Assembly: GCA_964624405.1 (NCBI GenBank)
Contig: CAZUXA010000008.1
Location: 25,078-89,077, forward strand
DNA length: 64,000 nucleotides
From: an uncultured bacterium
GTDB taxonomy: Bacteria; Fermentibacterota; Fermentibacteria; Fermentibacterales; JCC-6
Reading direction: 5' to 3'
Both the position numbers and the translations under genes were made by a program. The notes under the pieces are model-generated. The model was not told where the DNA came from. It was given only the letters and a program-made list of their open reading frames with translations, and did not search any database. Shown here piece by piece: positions 27,811 to 37,354 of this stretch; position 1 is the stretch's first letter; each line of letters opens with the position of its first letter.

Positions 27811-29799
27811 TTGAAAAAATTTCTTTTCTTAGCTTTATTCCCGGCCCTTGTCTTCGGAGTTCCCGGTTCGTGGGGAGTTCGTGGAATCAACCGGGTCAAC
27901 AGCGCCATTCCCATGGGCATGAACGAGATATCTTTCAACTTCATGACAAGCTACCAGACCGCAGACAACGACTTCGTGAACTTCCTGTACCGCTACCACG
28001 AAACCGGCGAAGAACGCCTGTTCCCGGAACTCACCGACACCGAACACCTTTTCCGGGGTTTGTTCGCGCTGGGGTACGGCGCCTGGGACTACATCGATGT
28101 GGGCTTCCGCCTCACCTACTACTCCAACCTTTACCAGAGGGGCCTCTACGAAGAACGGTCCACGGGACAATGGGAGGAGTTGAACGCCCTGGGAAACTAC
28201 GGCCTCATGGTCAAGGGCGGCTACAACCCCCTTCCCGATGAACTCTCCGAAGTGCTGTGGGCAGGTGGCGCAATGTGGCTTGAGATTTCGCCCTCCGACA
28301 GCAGTTTCGCAAAATGCACCGATGACCAGGACGGAAGATGGTTCCCCGGCCAGGCCATGAACCAGCTCCGGTTCCCCTATGTCACCAACGAAGGGGCGTT
28401 CGGTTTCGACCTGATCGCCTCCGGAGACTTTGGCTACTGGGTTCCCATGGTGCCCATCCGGGCCCATCTCAATATCGGTTACGCCAGCTACAACCAGAAG
28501 TTCGATTTCTGGGACTTCAGGGCGGTTCCAATCGAGGATGGCGGGTGGTCTTTCCAGGATTCCACCAGGGTGAACCTCACAGTAAAGGACAATGTGCTCT
28601 CCTACGGCTTCGGGCTTGAAGTCCCCACTCCGTCCGCCGATGTTTTCCTCGAATACACAGGTTACTCATTCCTTGACAGAACCGGCGAGTCCCTCTCCTA
28701 CCTTTCACCGGGTATCCGGTTCAAAACGCCCTCCGGCATGTTTCTCGACATCTCCTACGACATGATCGGCGGCAGCTTCGATCCCCTCTATCATGATCTG
28801 GGCCACGACCTCTACCAGAATTCCGAGTCCATCGTCACCCAGGAGGAACGCTCCGCCCGGGCGCCCCTTCCCATCCCCGGCGCCTATGACTGGGGCATCA
28901 ACATTGGGCTGGGATTCTCCGGTGATCTGGTTCAGACAGCTGATCACGGCCCCAGGCTTGGCACCCTCAACGGAACCGTTACCGACTCTCTCACCGGGCT
29001 TCCGGTTTTCGCCACGATAACCTTCCCGGGTGTTCCGGTATCCAATGTGACCAGCGACGACCAGACCGGCTTCTTCGCGGTTCATGTTCCCGCGGGAGAC
29101 CTTCCGATAACGGTGGTTGCCCCGGGCTACCGCCACGCGTCCGCAAGGATTTCGATGCAGCGCGGCGCCACACAGAGCATAGACTTCAGGCTCTCACCGA
29201 ACCTCGGAACGGTGTCCGGCGCGGTCCGCGACGGCCAGGGAAGGGCGATCAACGGGGCCTCGGTCACCATCGGCAGCACCAGCCCCGTCACAGTGACCAC
29301 CAACGCAGCCGGGGTGTACAGCGCCAATGTCGAGGCGGGCACATGGCCCGTCACCGCCCAGGCCAACGGCTTTCTCAGCGACAACCAGAATGTCACCATC
29401 ACCCCGAACACCACAACCACTGTGAACTTCAACCTGAGGGACGCCCTTCAGGAGGGCCAGACCATGAGCTTCGACAACATCTACTTCGATTCTGGAAGCG
29501 CCAACATCAAACCCGAGAGCTTTCCCATACTGGACAGCGTGGCAATCCTCCTGCGGGACAATCCTTCAGCAAGAGTTCAGATCGCGGGCCACACCGACAG
29601 CGACGGCAGCGCCGCATCCAACCAGACCCTCAGTGAAAGACGGGCCCAGTCGGTGCACCAGTACCTGGTAAGCAAGGGAATCGCCGCCAACCGTCTGACC
29701 ACCATCGGATACGGCGAAGACCGCCCTGTGGTGCCCAACACCTCCGCGGCCAACAAGGCCCGGAACCGTCGAATCGAGTTCACAGTTCTAAGCATATAG
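27811..29799 (+). CDS. OmpA-family protein with carboxypeptidase-regulatory-like (Ig-like) domains
   Basis: A signal peptide and CarbopepD_reg-like repeats (GTLNGTVTDSLTG, GTVSGAVRDGQG) are present. The C-terminal OmpA_C domain carries the conserved segment RVQIAGHTDSDGSAASNQTLSERRAQSV. Confidence 0.8.
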   Translation: MKKFLFLALFPALVFGVPGSWGVRGINRVNSAIPMGMNEISFNFMTSYQTADNDFVNFLYRYHETGEERLFPELTDTEHLFRGLFALGYGAWDYIDVGFRLTYYSNLYQRGLYEERSTGQWEELNALGNYGLMVKGGYNPLPDELSEVLWAGGAMWLEISPSDSSFAKCTDDQDGRWFPGQAMNQLRFPYVTNEGAFGFDLIASGDFGYWVPMVPIRAHLNIGYASYNQKFDFWDFRAVPIEDGGWSFQDSTRVNLTVKDNVLSYGFGLEVPTPSADVFLEYTGYSFLDRTGESLSYLSPGIRFKTPSGMFLDISYDMIGGSFDPLYHDLGHDLYQNSESIVTQEERSARAPLPIPGAYDWGINIGLGFSGDLVQTADHGPRLGTLNGTVTDSLTGLPVFATITFPGVPVSNVTSDDQTGFFAVHVPAGDLPITVVAPGYRHASARISMQRGATQSIDFRLSPNLGTVSGAVRDGQGRAINGASVTIGSTSPVTVTTNAAGVYSANVEAGTWPVTAQANGFLSDNQNVTITPNTTTTVNFNLRDALQEGQTMSFDNIYFDSGSANIKPESFPILDSVAILLRDNPSARVQIAGHTDSDGSAASNQTLSERRAQSVHQYLVSKGIAANRLTTIGYGEDRPVVPNTSAANKARNRRIEFTVLSI

Positions 29800-29803
29800 A
29801 CGC

Positions 29804-29840
29804 AAAAAAGGGGCCGGCGTTCATCGCCGGCCCCTTTTTA
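29804..29840. terminator. bidirectional rho-independent terminator (A6-ggggccggcg ttcat cgccggcccc-T5)
   Basis: A perfect 10-bp GC stem is flanked by A and T runs between the convergent genes. Confidence 0.85.
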
Positions 29841-29856
29841 CATGAACCAACCCGGG

Positions 29857-30303
29857 CTATTCTCCCAGGGCTTTCAGCACCTGCAGAAAATCTTCGGGTG
29901 TTCCGGTTACCCCCACCACCCGGTCAAGCTCGTTGCCAAGAGCGTCGGTGAGCACCAGGGTCGGAATGCTGCTTACGCCGTATCTCTGGGCGAAATCCTG
30001 CTGGTTGTCCACATTGACCTTGAGCGGAACCACTCCCGAGAGAAACTCCTGATAGTCCGCCCTGGGAAAGTACTCGTCGGAAAGGGTCCGGCAGGGGGGA
30101 CACCAGTCCGCGTAGAAATCTATGAAAACGCTTTTCCCCTCCCGGGCCGCCAGGGCAAAGGCGGCTTCGAAATCATCCTGAATCCACTGGACTTCCCCGA
30201 CAACAACGGTTTCCGCATCCTCTGAAACTGCCTGCTGTCCGGGCTGTTCGCCGCAGGCGGAAAAAGCCGCGGCGAGACAGATGAGCAGAACGGGGTTTCT
30301 CAC
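29857..30303 (-). CDS. thioredoxin-fold lipoprotein (thiol:disulfide oxidoreductase)
   Basis: A lipobox FSAC|G and a WCPPC active site are present. Confidence 0.8.
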   Translation of the reverse strand: MRNPVLLICLAAAFSACGEQPGQQAVSEDAETVVVGEVQWIQDDFEAAFALAAREGKSVFIDFYADWCPPCRTLSDEYFPRADYQEFLSGVVPLKVNVDNQQDFAQRYGVSSIPTLVLTDALGNELDRVVGVTGTPEDFLQVLKALGE

Positions 30304-30374
30304 AAGGCCCTCCTTTGATTAGGTTATCTCAAACATACTCCCCCTCGAACCGAAAGTGCCATGCAAGGAGGGAC

Positions 30375-30800
30375 ATGCGGCCCAAAACCCCGGAAGTCAC
30401 CGTTGACGCCATCATAGAGTTTGAAAACCGCCGGATTGTACTGGTTGAAAGGAAGTTTCCGCCGAAGGGCTGGGCTCTGCCAGGGGGATTCGTAGACCCC
30501 GGGGAAAGCCTGTTCCAGGCGGTGAAACGGGAAGCACTTGAGGAAACCGGCCTTTCCATCGAAGTAATGTCGCTTTTCCATGTTTACTCCAGGCCCTGGA
30601 GAGACCCGAGGGGAGACACCATAAGCGCCGTATACCACTGCAGGGCCCGGGGAAAACCCGTGGCCGGAGACGACGCCTCAATCGCCAGGGCGTTCCCCTT
30701 CGACGGTCTGCCCGGGAACATGGCTTTCGACCACCGGGAGATAATCGAAGACTTCCTGCGGTGGAAGAACACCGGAATCAGGCCATCCCTGGAAGCCTAG
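30375..30800 (+). CDS. NUDIX hydrolase (start at ATG 30375 with AGGAGGG RBS)
   Basis: The Nudix box GGFVDPGESLFQAVKREALEETG is present. Confidence 0.85.
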   Translation: MRPKTPEVTVDAIIEFENRRIVLVERKFPPKGWALPGGFVDPGESLFQAVKREALEETGLSIEVMSLFHVYSRPWRDPRGDTISAVYHCRARGKPVAGDDASIARAFPFDGLPGNMAFDHREIIEDFLRWKNTGIRPSLEA

Positions 30801-33016
30801 CGGAGTACCGTGGTTTTTCTCAGGTCGCAACCCCCGGAGCCGGATACCCGCTGAATGTAAACCCCGCAAGGCAGGTCATTGGTGTTCCAACTCGCGGTGT
30901 GCCCGCCGGCGGAGAGTTCTCCACGGTGAAGGACATCAACAATCCTTCCCGCCAGATCAAACACCATCAACTCCACATGGCCCGGCGAGGGAACCGAGAA
31001 CTCAACCTCAACCATTCCTGACACCGGATTGGACAAACCCGGAAGAAAAACGGGAGTACCGTGGACAGCCTCCCCCTCAATCCCGGTGGTGGTCCAGACT
31101 ATCTGGGTTACCGCCGGCTCTGAATAGCCGAACTCATTGCTGTTGGCAACCACCAGCACCGTTGTGACATCCTCCCCCTCCGGCCTGGTCACCAACGGCA
31201 CGAAGCAGGCGTTGCCGGGGGTTGCCCACAAGAATGTGCGGCTTTCATCCGAGTTGAGTGAATACACCATGTAATTGTCGCCGTCCGAGGGATCCCACCT
31301 CAGCCTGAGTGTTCCGTTGAAGTCGTCCACCTGGTTGAACTGCTCTACCACAAGACCGGTGGGAGGCGCTGGAACAACGGGTTCGCCCCGGATCACTCCA
31401 AGCCTTCCGATTCTAATCTGATAGTCTTCGATGACGGTCGGGCTCTGAAAGCGCAGGGCGATTATGGAGAGGGTGTGACCCGCCAGAGCCGAGAGGGGAA
31501 ACTGCCACGTGTTCCATCCCTCCGACACACCGTCGGGTACCTGGAAGAAGAAAAAATCCATGGGATCAGACGTTGTGGAAAGGGCCACTTCCATTCCCGA
31601 TGGCGCTGCGGCCTCTCCGCGGTTCCAGACGATTACGAAACTGTCATCCCCCTGCACTGGAGCGTCGGTCTTGTACAGATAGAGCATTGTGGTGTTTGCC
31701 GGGGACAGCTCACCGCCGACCTTCAGGCAGCTTCCGCCGTGGTAGGGGATTTCCCAGTCCAGTTCCGGATACAGCGGAGTTCCGCCGCTGTTCGAGATGT
31801 ACCTCCAGGTTGGAAGCACATCCATCTGGCTTCGGTTGTGCCAGGGGTTCTGGGAAAGAACCTCACCCTCCACCGCGGTGCGGTAGCCCTGTCCGGTGTT
31901 GAAGCTGGTCACGAAGGGAAACGATGTTACGGGAGTTTTGGCCGGAATGTAGTGGGCAATCCCCTTCCAGGGGTATGTTGTCCCGGTGTTCCCCGGATCC
32001 CGGTTCGGCCCCACCCAGAAGTAACTCTCCCGGGAGTAGAAGGCGGCGTGACTCGAAGCGTTGGAGTAAGTCCAGTTCGGACAGTAGAAGCCAAGGCTTG
32101 CCCTGTGGTCCTGTCCCTCCGGGAAAAGCCCTTCCCAGTTGACTCCGGTGTTGTATCCGTTGGACTGGACGTCAACTCCGGCGTAGAGGTCGTAGGGGCT
32201 CCGCCCCAGAGCAATGGCATGGTTCCCGGAACTGGTGAGCCCCGCTGAACTCCACCAGAAGTTCAGGAACATCTCGTCGCTGACGGTCTGGTCTTCATAC
32301 TGAAAGAACCAGTCATTATTGGCGTTCAGGGCATTCTGCCAGGAGATTGCGCCTGTTTTGGTCATGGCGTCGTACCATTGAATCCGCAGATCCGAGTTCA
32401 GCTGAATGTAGATCATCATGTCCCGCATGTCTTCCGCAAGCTGGGTGTTGCCCCCCGCGGTCTCCTGGTTGATGAACCAGCCGTCGAAGCCATAGTACTC
32501 CGCCACCTCGATGAGCTTGTCCGCCACAGGGAATGTGTCTCCCTCCTTCTGAACGAAATCCCATACCCACTGAATCTGGCCGCCGTACTGAACCGGCGGA
32601 AAGAAAACGGTGCCGTAAACAGGCACGCCGTTCCTGTGAGCGGCATCTGTCACTCCGGGGTTCGGCGCCAGTATCAGCCCCTCCCCGGCGCTTCCCCCCC
32701 AGAAAGTCAGGTGTTCGATGTACTGCCAGTATCCGAAGGCGTAAGTGTCGATTCCAGGGCCGCCCTGGGACGGGTTGAAACTGGTGGACGGGTACATGAT
32801 GCTGATTGATGTCACTCCCGCCTGGCCGGGTATTGCGTGGGCGTTGCACTGGGTGTCACCCAGGCTTCTGGTGGCAAGTGGAATCGCGCTTCGATTGTAG
32901 GGGGCGTCCGGGTCGGTGTTCGGGCTCCAGCTGAGAAGATCGGCGGGGTGCCAGTACGAGGCGTAGGGCTGGCCAGGCAGGAATTGCGCCATCAGAACCG
33001 CGGCAAGAATGATCAT
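30797..33016 (-). CDS. GH85 endo-beta-N-acetylglucosaminidase with a T9SS C-terminal sorting domain
   Basis: The GH85 signatures AAHRNGV and FDGWFINQET (catalytic N/E) are present. A C-terminal Por_Secre_tail-like segment reads NPVSGMVEVEF...VFDLAGRIV...CGVYIQRV. Confidence 0.7.
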   Translation of the reverse strand: MIILAAVLMAQFLPGQPYASYWHPADLLSWSPNTDPDAPYNRSAIPLATRSLGDTQCNAHAIPGQAGVTSISIMYPSTSFNPSQGGPGIDTYAFGYWQYIEHLTFWGGSAGEGLILAPNPGVTDAAHRNGVPVYGTVFFPPVQYGGQIQWVWDFVQKEGDTFPVADKLIEVAEYYGFDGWFINQETAGGNTQLAEDMRDMMIYIQLNSDLRIQWYDAMTKTGAISWQNALNANNDWFFQYEDQTVSDEMFLNFWWSSAGLTSSGNHAIALGRSPYDLYAGVDVQSNGYNTGVNWEGLFPEGQDHRASLGFYCPNWTYSNASSHAAFYSRESYFWVGPNRDPGNTGTTYPWKGIAHYIPAKTPVTSFPFVTSFNTGQGYRTAVEGEVLSQNPWHNRSQMDVLPTWRYISNSGGTPLYPELDWEIPYHGGSCLKVGGELSPANTTMLYLYKTDAPVQGDDSFVIVWNRGEAAAPSGMEVALSTTSDPMDFFFFQVPDGVSEGWNTWQFPLSALAGHTLSIIALRFQSPTVIEDYQIRIGRLGVIRGEPVVPAPPTGLVVEQFNQVDDFNGTLRLRWDPSDGDNYMVYSLNSDESRTFLWATPGNACFVPLVTRPEGEDVTTVLVVANSNEFGYSEPAVTQIVWTTTGIEGEAVHGTPVFLPGLSNPVSGMVEVEFSVPSPGHVELMVFDLAGRIVDVLHRGELSAGGHTASWNTNDLPCGVYIQRVSGSGGCDLRKTTVLR

Positions 33017-33035
33017 GTCTACTTCCTTATCGGCA

Positions 33036-33491
33036 TCACCTGTGTTTCCGGAAAAACTCCTTCAGCAGCTTTGAGGCTTCCTCAGCCAGCACTCCCCCCA
33101 CAACCTCCGGGTAGTGGTTCAGATTGGGCATTCCCCGAAGGTCCGCCACGGAGCCGAACGCGCCGAAACGCTTGTCCCAGGCGCCGTAGACCACCAGGGA
33201 TATCCGGGAGAGAAGAACAAGCCCTGCGCACATGACACAGGGTTCGAGGGTGGTGTAAAGCGAGGCGCCGGAGAGCCTCCAGTCACCTGTGGCACGGCAT
33301 GCGTCATCAACGGCCAGTTGCTCGGCGTGGGCCCATGGCCTGCCGGTTTCCCGGGTTCGATTGGACTGTCTATAGACCCCGCCATCGCCGGTGACAAGAA
33401 CCGCGCCCACCGGCACCTCTCCCCTGTCGAAAGCCTTTACCGCCTCTTCCATGGCCATGCCCATGAAATCCAGATGAATCGGGTTCGTCAT
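33036..33491 (-). CDS. tadA: tRNA-specific adenosine deaminase
   Basis: The HAE and PCVMC zinc-binding motifs are present, at 151 aa. Confidence 0.9.
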   Translation of the reverse strand: MTNPIHLDFMGMAMEEAVKAFDRGEVPVGAVLVTGDGGVYRQSNRTRETGRPWAHAEQLAVDDACRATGDWRLSGASLYTTLEPCVMCAGLVLLSRISLVVYGAWDKRFGAFGSVADLRGMPNLNHYPEVVGGVLAEEASKLLKEFFRKHR

Positions 33492-34738
33492 TTCGCCATC
33501 AGGGCTTCAATCTCATCCGGTGTTCTTGGGAAATCCGCGGAGAGAACGGTGTTGCCCGCCTCACCCACCAGGACATCGTCTTCTATTCTTATCCCGATCC
33601 CTTCCTCGGCGGAGTAGAAACCCGGTTCAACCGTGAACACCATGCCCGGGGCGATGGGAAGCTGCGGGATGTGCTCGTCGTGGGTGTCCAGCCCCAGGTG
33701 GTGTCCCACCCCGTGATAGTAGAACTTCTCGAAGTCTCCGGGACTGGCTATCACTCCCCGGGAGAGCATCAGTTCCCTGTAGAACTGATTCACTTCCTCG
33801 TTCCACACCCGGTGAAGCTTTCCGGGACGGAGAAGCTCTATGGCTTTCTCCTGGACCAGGAGCACCATCTCCACCAGTTCCCTCTGTCTCGGGCTGTACT
33901 TTCCGTTCACCGGAACTGTCCGGGTTATGTCGGCGCAGTAGAGGTTCTTCATGGCGCCGTGGTCCACAAGAAGAAGTTCGCCATCCCGAAGTTCCGCGCT
34001 GTTTTCAACATAGTGGAGACAGGTGGCCCGGGAACCGCCGGCGCAGATGGCGGGAAAGGCAGGTGTCTTCTCGCCCTCCAGAGCCCAGCGGTAGAGAAGC
34101 TCGGCTTCAAAGGCGAATTCCTTCATTCCGGGCCGCAGGCGGCTGAGCGCCTGCTCGAATCCCTTCCGGGTGAGTTCGGTGGCGGCCCGGATCAGACGAA
34201 CTTCCTCTTCGTCCTTGATCATGCGAAGCCGGAAAATCAGGTCCGCCCCGCTTCGCACCGTCACCTCCGGGAAGGAGTGCCTCACCGAATTGGCGAAGGC
34301 AAGCCCCCTTCCGGTGAACTCGCCCATTGGCGTTCTGTGCCAGTCCATGAAGAGTTCCCTCACCCCCTCCCTGCAGATCAGCCTGGAGAGGAACTTTTCA
34401 TGCCCTCCGGTGAACCTGACATCGGAAATTCCGCTGGTTTCCCCGGCCTGCTCTCTGGTGAGGACGGTACCGTACCATTTCGCGTACTCCTCGTCGTAGG
34501 GGGTTATGTACAGGCACTCCTTCACCTCGTCCTGCCCCGCCAGGCGCCACATGAACAGCCAGGATCCCTCCTGGGTGACCCCGGTGAGGTAGTAGAGGTT
34601 CCGGGAAGGCACATAGGCATGGGCGCCGTCGGCGCTGGAGGGAAGGCAGGGAGCCGCGGGAACCACCAGGCAGAACTCCCGGGGAAGGGCTTTGACAAGT
34701 TCAGCCCGTCTTCCTGTGAAAGTATGGGATTTGAACAC
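33488..34738 (-). CDS. pepP: Xaa-Pro aminopeptidase (M24B)
   Basis: A creatinase-like N-terminal domain and M24 metal ligands (HGVGHHLGLDTHD, E-E pair) are present. Confidence 0.8.
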   Translation of the reverse strand: MFKSHTFTGRRAELVKALPREFCLVVPAAPCLPSSADGAHAYVPSRNLYYLTGVTQEGSWLFMWRLAGQDEVKECLYITPYDEEYAKWYGTVLTREQAGETSGISDVRFTGGHEKFLSRLICREGVRELFMDWHRTPMGEFTGRGLAFANSVRHSFPEVTVRSGADLIFRLRMIKDEEEVRLIRAATELTRKGFEQALSRLRPGMKEFAFEAELLYRWALEGEKTPAFPAICAGGSRATCLHYVENSAELRDGELLLVDHGAMKNLYCADITRTVPVNGKYSPRQRELVEMVLLVQEKAIELLRPGKLHRVWNEEVNQFYRELMLSRGVIASPGDFEKFYYHGVGHHLGLDTHDEHIPQLPIAPGMVFTVEPGFYSAEEGIGIRIEDDVLVGEAGNTVLSADFPRTPDEIEALMAK

Positions 34739-35310
34739 TATATCTCCTTAGCTGTGAGTTCCGTCGGGGTCATCTTGGGAACATGATGCCTTCCCAGCGA
34801 GTCGCGGTAGTATCGAATGGAACCTGCGTATTCATCAAGAACAACGGTTTCCGCCGGAACACCCAGGGCCAGTACCAGTTCCGGAAGCAGGCCCGGTGTG
34901 CACGCGATTTCGGTTACATCATCCCTGGAGAAGGAGAGCATCATGCAGCACCCGTAGCCCATATCCCTGGCTGCCAGGGCGATGTAGGCGGCGGCGATCC
35001 CCGCGTCTGTTTTCGTAAAGGGCTTTTCATCCCCGGCGGGGGAGGATATGATGATGTACGCCGAGGGGCGCCGTCCCTTCTCCGGCCCGTGCCAGTCCTC
35101 GAGATAGCCGGCCCAGCCAAGGCCCCGGAAAAGCCTCTCCCGCTCCCGCTCACCGGTTACTATGGAGAACCGCAGCCTTTGAAGGTTCGCCGCGCAGGGC
35201 GCCAGAGACGCGGCCCTGATCATTTCACGCAGATCCTCACGGCCCGGGGGAACGCTTTCATCGAATCGTCGAACCGTCCTCGCGGCTTCGGCCAGTTCCA
35301 GAAACGCCAT
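34738..35310 (-). CDS. nitroreductase family protein (start at ATG 35310 with GGAGGTG RBS)
   Basis: An N-terminal RTVRRF motif and the nitroreductase fold are present. Confidence 0.7.
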   Translation of the reverse strand: MAFLELAEAARTVRRFDESVPPGREDLREMIRAASLAPCAANLQRLRFSIVTGERERERLFRGLGWAGYLEDWHGPEKGRRPSAYIIISSPAGDEKPFTKTDAGIAAAYIALAARDMGYGCCMMLSFSRDDVTEIACTPGLLPELVLALGVPAETVVLDEYAGSIRYYRDSLGRHHVPKMTPTELTAKEI

Positions 35311-35412
35311 GGTAGCACCTCCCTGAATACCCCGGTCAAGTATAACAATGATGAAAAGCAAGAGGGGTGCGGCCCGATGACCGCACCCCAGAGGGTTCAG
35401 GCGGGAAGCGTG

Positions 35413-35853
35413 TCAGCCCTTGATGGCGATTTTGCGGTGAAGAGCCTTCTCCTCCTTTGGGATGGTGATGGTGAGAACCCCGTCGCAGAAGTTGGCTTCC
35501 GCCTTGTCGTGCTTTACATCAAGAGGAAGGCTGAAGCTTCGGGTGAAGGAGCCGTACCGCATTTCCCGGCGGTGCCAGGTGTCGCCGGAGTTCTCCTCTT
35601 CGGTCTTCTTCTCGCCCCGAATGGTGAGAACGCCGTTGGCCACTTCGATCTCGATGCTGTCCTTGGGAATGCCGGGGAGTTCGGCCTTGAACACAATGGA
35701 GTCGCCCTTCTCACATATATCCACCGGGGGCGCCCACTGGAACTCCTGCGTTCCGTCCAGTTCAGGCCAGAGCCCTTCAAAAACCCTGCTCATGTTTCTC
35801 ACCATGTCGTAGGGGGTGAGACCCGTCTCACGGTTCTGCCTTACCAGTCTCAT
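35413..35853 (-). CDS. Hsp20/alpha-crystallin small heat-shock protein
   Basis: The alpha-crystallin domain contains AELPGIPKDSIEIEV...LTIRGEK...DGVLTITIPK. Confidence 0.9.
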   Translation of the reverse strand: MRLVRQNRETGLTPYDMVRNMSRVFEGLWPELDGTQEFQWAPPVDICEKGDSIVFKAELPGIPKDSIEIEVANGVLTIRGEKKTEEENSGDTWHRREMRYGSFTRSFSLPLDVKHDKAEANFCDGVLTITIPKEEKALHRKIAIKG

Positions 35854-36007
35854 GATTCTTTCTCCTTTCCGCTTCTATCCCTTTTCAGGGTTTGCCGCAG
35901 CAAATGTAAATGCAAAACCCTTGCCAATGAACTGCGGAAGGAGGCTATATGCAACAGGAACAATATGATATGACGCCAGACGCAAGGGTTGCCGGCGGCG
36001 GATGAAT

Positions 36008-36036
36008 GCCCGGTGCGTCATTTCGACACACCGGGC
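36008..36036. terminator. hairpin (gcccggtg ... caccgggc) downstream of the pmbA stop
   Basis: It is an 8-bp GC stem with a 13-nt loop and no clear U-tract. Confidence 0.35.
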
Positions 36037-36043
36037 ACGGAGA

Positions 36044-37354
36044 TTACTTTCCGGAGACGCTCACGCCATCGAGAAGCACCGCGGGATCACGCCGCGAAGA
36101 GCCGGGGTTGAAGGGGCGGTCCTGGACCGCCACAACCCTCTTGAGAACATCGTAGACATTCCCGGCCATCATGCCGTCTTTTACCCTGCCCACAATCCTT
36201 CCCTTTTCCACCAGAAGCCCGGGGTTGAACCCGACAGAGAAATCCCCGTTGATGATGTTTCCCGAATGGGCTCCCAGCAGACCGAAGGCAATGATTCCCC
36301 TGTCCATCATCCCCAGCATCTCCTCGAAGGTTGCTTCTCCGGTCTGAAAGGTGCCGTTTCGGAAGCTTGGTTCCGGCGCCAGGGATACCGTGTCTCCGCC
36401 CCACATTCCGGAACGGAATCCGGTGCCGGTGGGTTCAATTCCCAGCTTCGCGGCATAGAAGAGGTTCGTGTAGGAGCCGGTGAACACGCCCCGGTCGAAG
36501 ATGGCCAGACGCCGGGTTGGCACTCCCTCGTCGTCGAACGCCCTTCTGGCCACCGGGGGGTCGAGGGAGGGATCGCTGACCAGAGTGAGTTTCCCGGATA
36601 GAACCGATTCCCCTTTCCTGTCCTTCAGGGGTGTGGCGCCGGAATGGAAGGCCCTGGCCCCCGCCGCGGCGGTCAGGCGCCATATAATTCCGTAAAGGCT
36701 TCCCGGCAGAAACATGACCTGCATTCTGCCGTCGCCGGCCCGAACCTCGGGAAGGGAACTCGTGTACATTTCGCAGAGATTGCGCACAACCTCCGGGTTG
36801 ACAGGAATTCCGGACTCTCCGGCAAAACCGGCGTTAAGCCCGGTTTCCGTGCCGGGATACCTGGCGGATATCCAACCCGTCATCCCCGTGCTTCGGTGAA
36901 GGATGTCGGTGCCGGATGTATTCATGATCCTCACGGTTTCAGCGGCGCTGCCGGCGCTGGTGTCCAGGCAGTCCCTCCCGAGGGAGCCCGCCAGATCCTC
37001 CAACTCGACACACGCTTCCTGTGCTTCGGGAAAACCGGAATGTTCAACCTTATCGTGCCACGCTCCGGTGTCGGGCTCGATTACTGTCCGGGGAAATTCG
37101 AACTCCACTTCCGGGCCGTTCTCGAGAGACAGAAGGGCGCGATCCAGAAGAGCCTGCCTGTCCAGAAGGTTCTTCGTGTATGCGGTGCCCATTCTGCCGT
37201 TTCTGATAATTCTTATGGCGCAGCCTGACTGGATGGAGGCGGAGGTGTCGACCACCCTTCCCTCCCTGCGGGTGAGTTCAACGCTTCGAGTGCGCTGCTG
37301 ATAGATCTCGGCGCTGCAACCGGACTTCGAGGCAAGTTCAAGAAGCTTTTCCAT
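36044..37354 (-). CDS. pmbA: PmbA/TldE family protein (start at ATG 37354; the Arg-rich N-terminal extension of the 526-aa ORF is rejected)
   Basis: It is the TldD/PmbA fold without the HExxxH motif. It is paired with the upstream tldD by a stop/start overlap. Confidence 0.8.
   Translation of the reverse strand: MEKLLELASKSGCSAEIYQQRTRSVELTRREGRVVDTSASIQSGCAIRIIRNGRMGTAYTKNLLDRQALLDRALLSLENGPEVEFEFPRTVIEPDTGAWHDKVEHSGFPEAQEACVELEDLAGSLGRDCLDTSAGSAAETVRIMNTSGTDILHRSTGMTGWISARYPGTETGLNAGFAGESGIPVNPEVVRNLCEMYTSSLPEVRAGDGRMQVMFLPGSLYGIIWRLTAAAGARAFHSGATPLKDRKGESVLSGKLTLVSDPSLDPPVARRAFDDEGVPTRRLAIFDRGVFTGSYTNLFYAAKLGIEPTGTGFRSGMWGGDTVSLAPEPSFRNGTFQTGEATFEEMLGMMDRGIIAFGLLGAHSGNIINGDFSVGFNPGLLVEKGRIVGRVKDGMMAGNVYDVLKRVVAVQDRPFNPGSSRRDPAVLLDGVSVSGK

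Noticed and set aside
34783-35973. 396-aa plus-strand ORF
   Set aside because: It is antisense across the nitroreductase and hsp20 genes, both of which have clear signatures.
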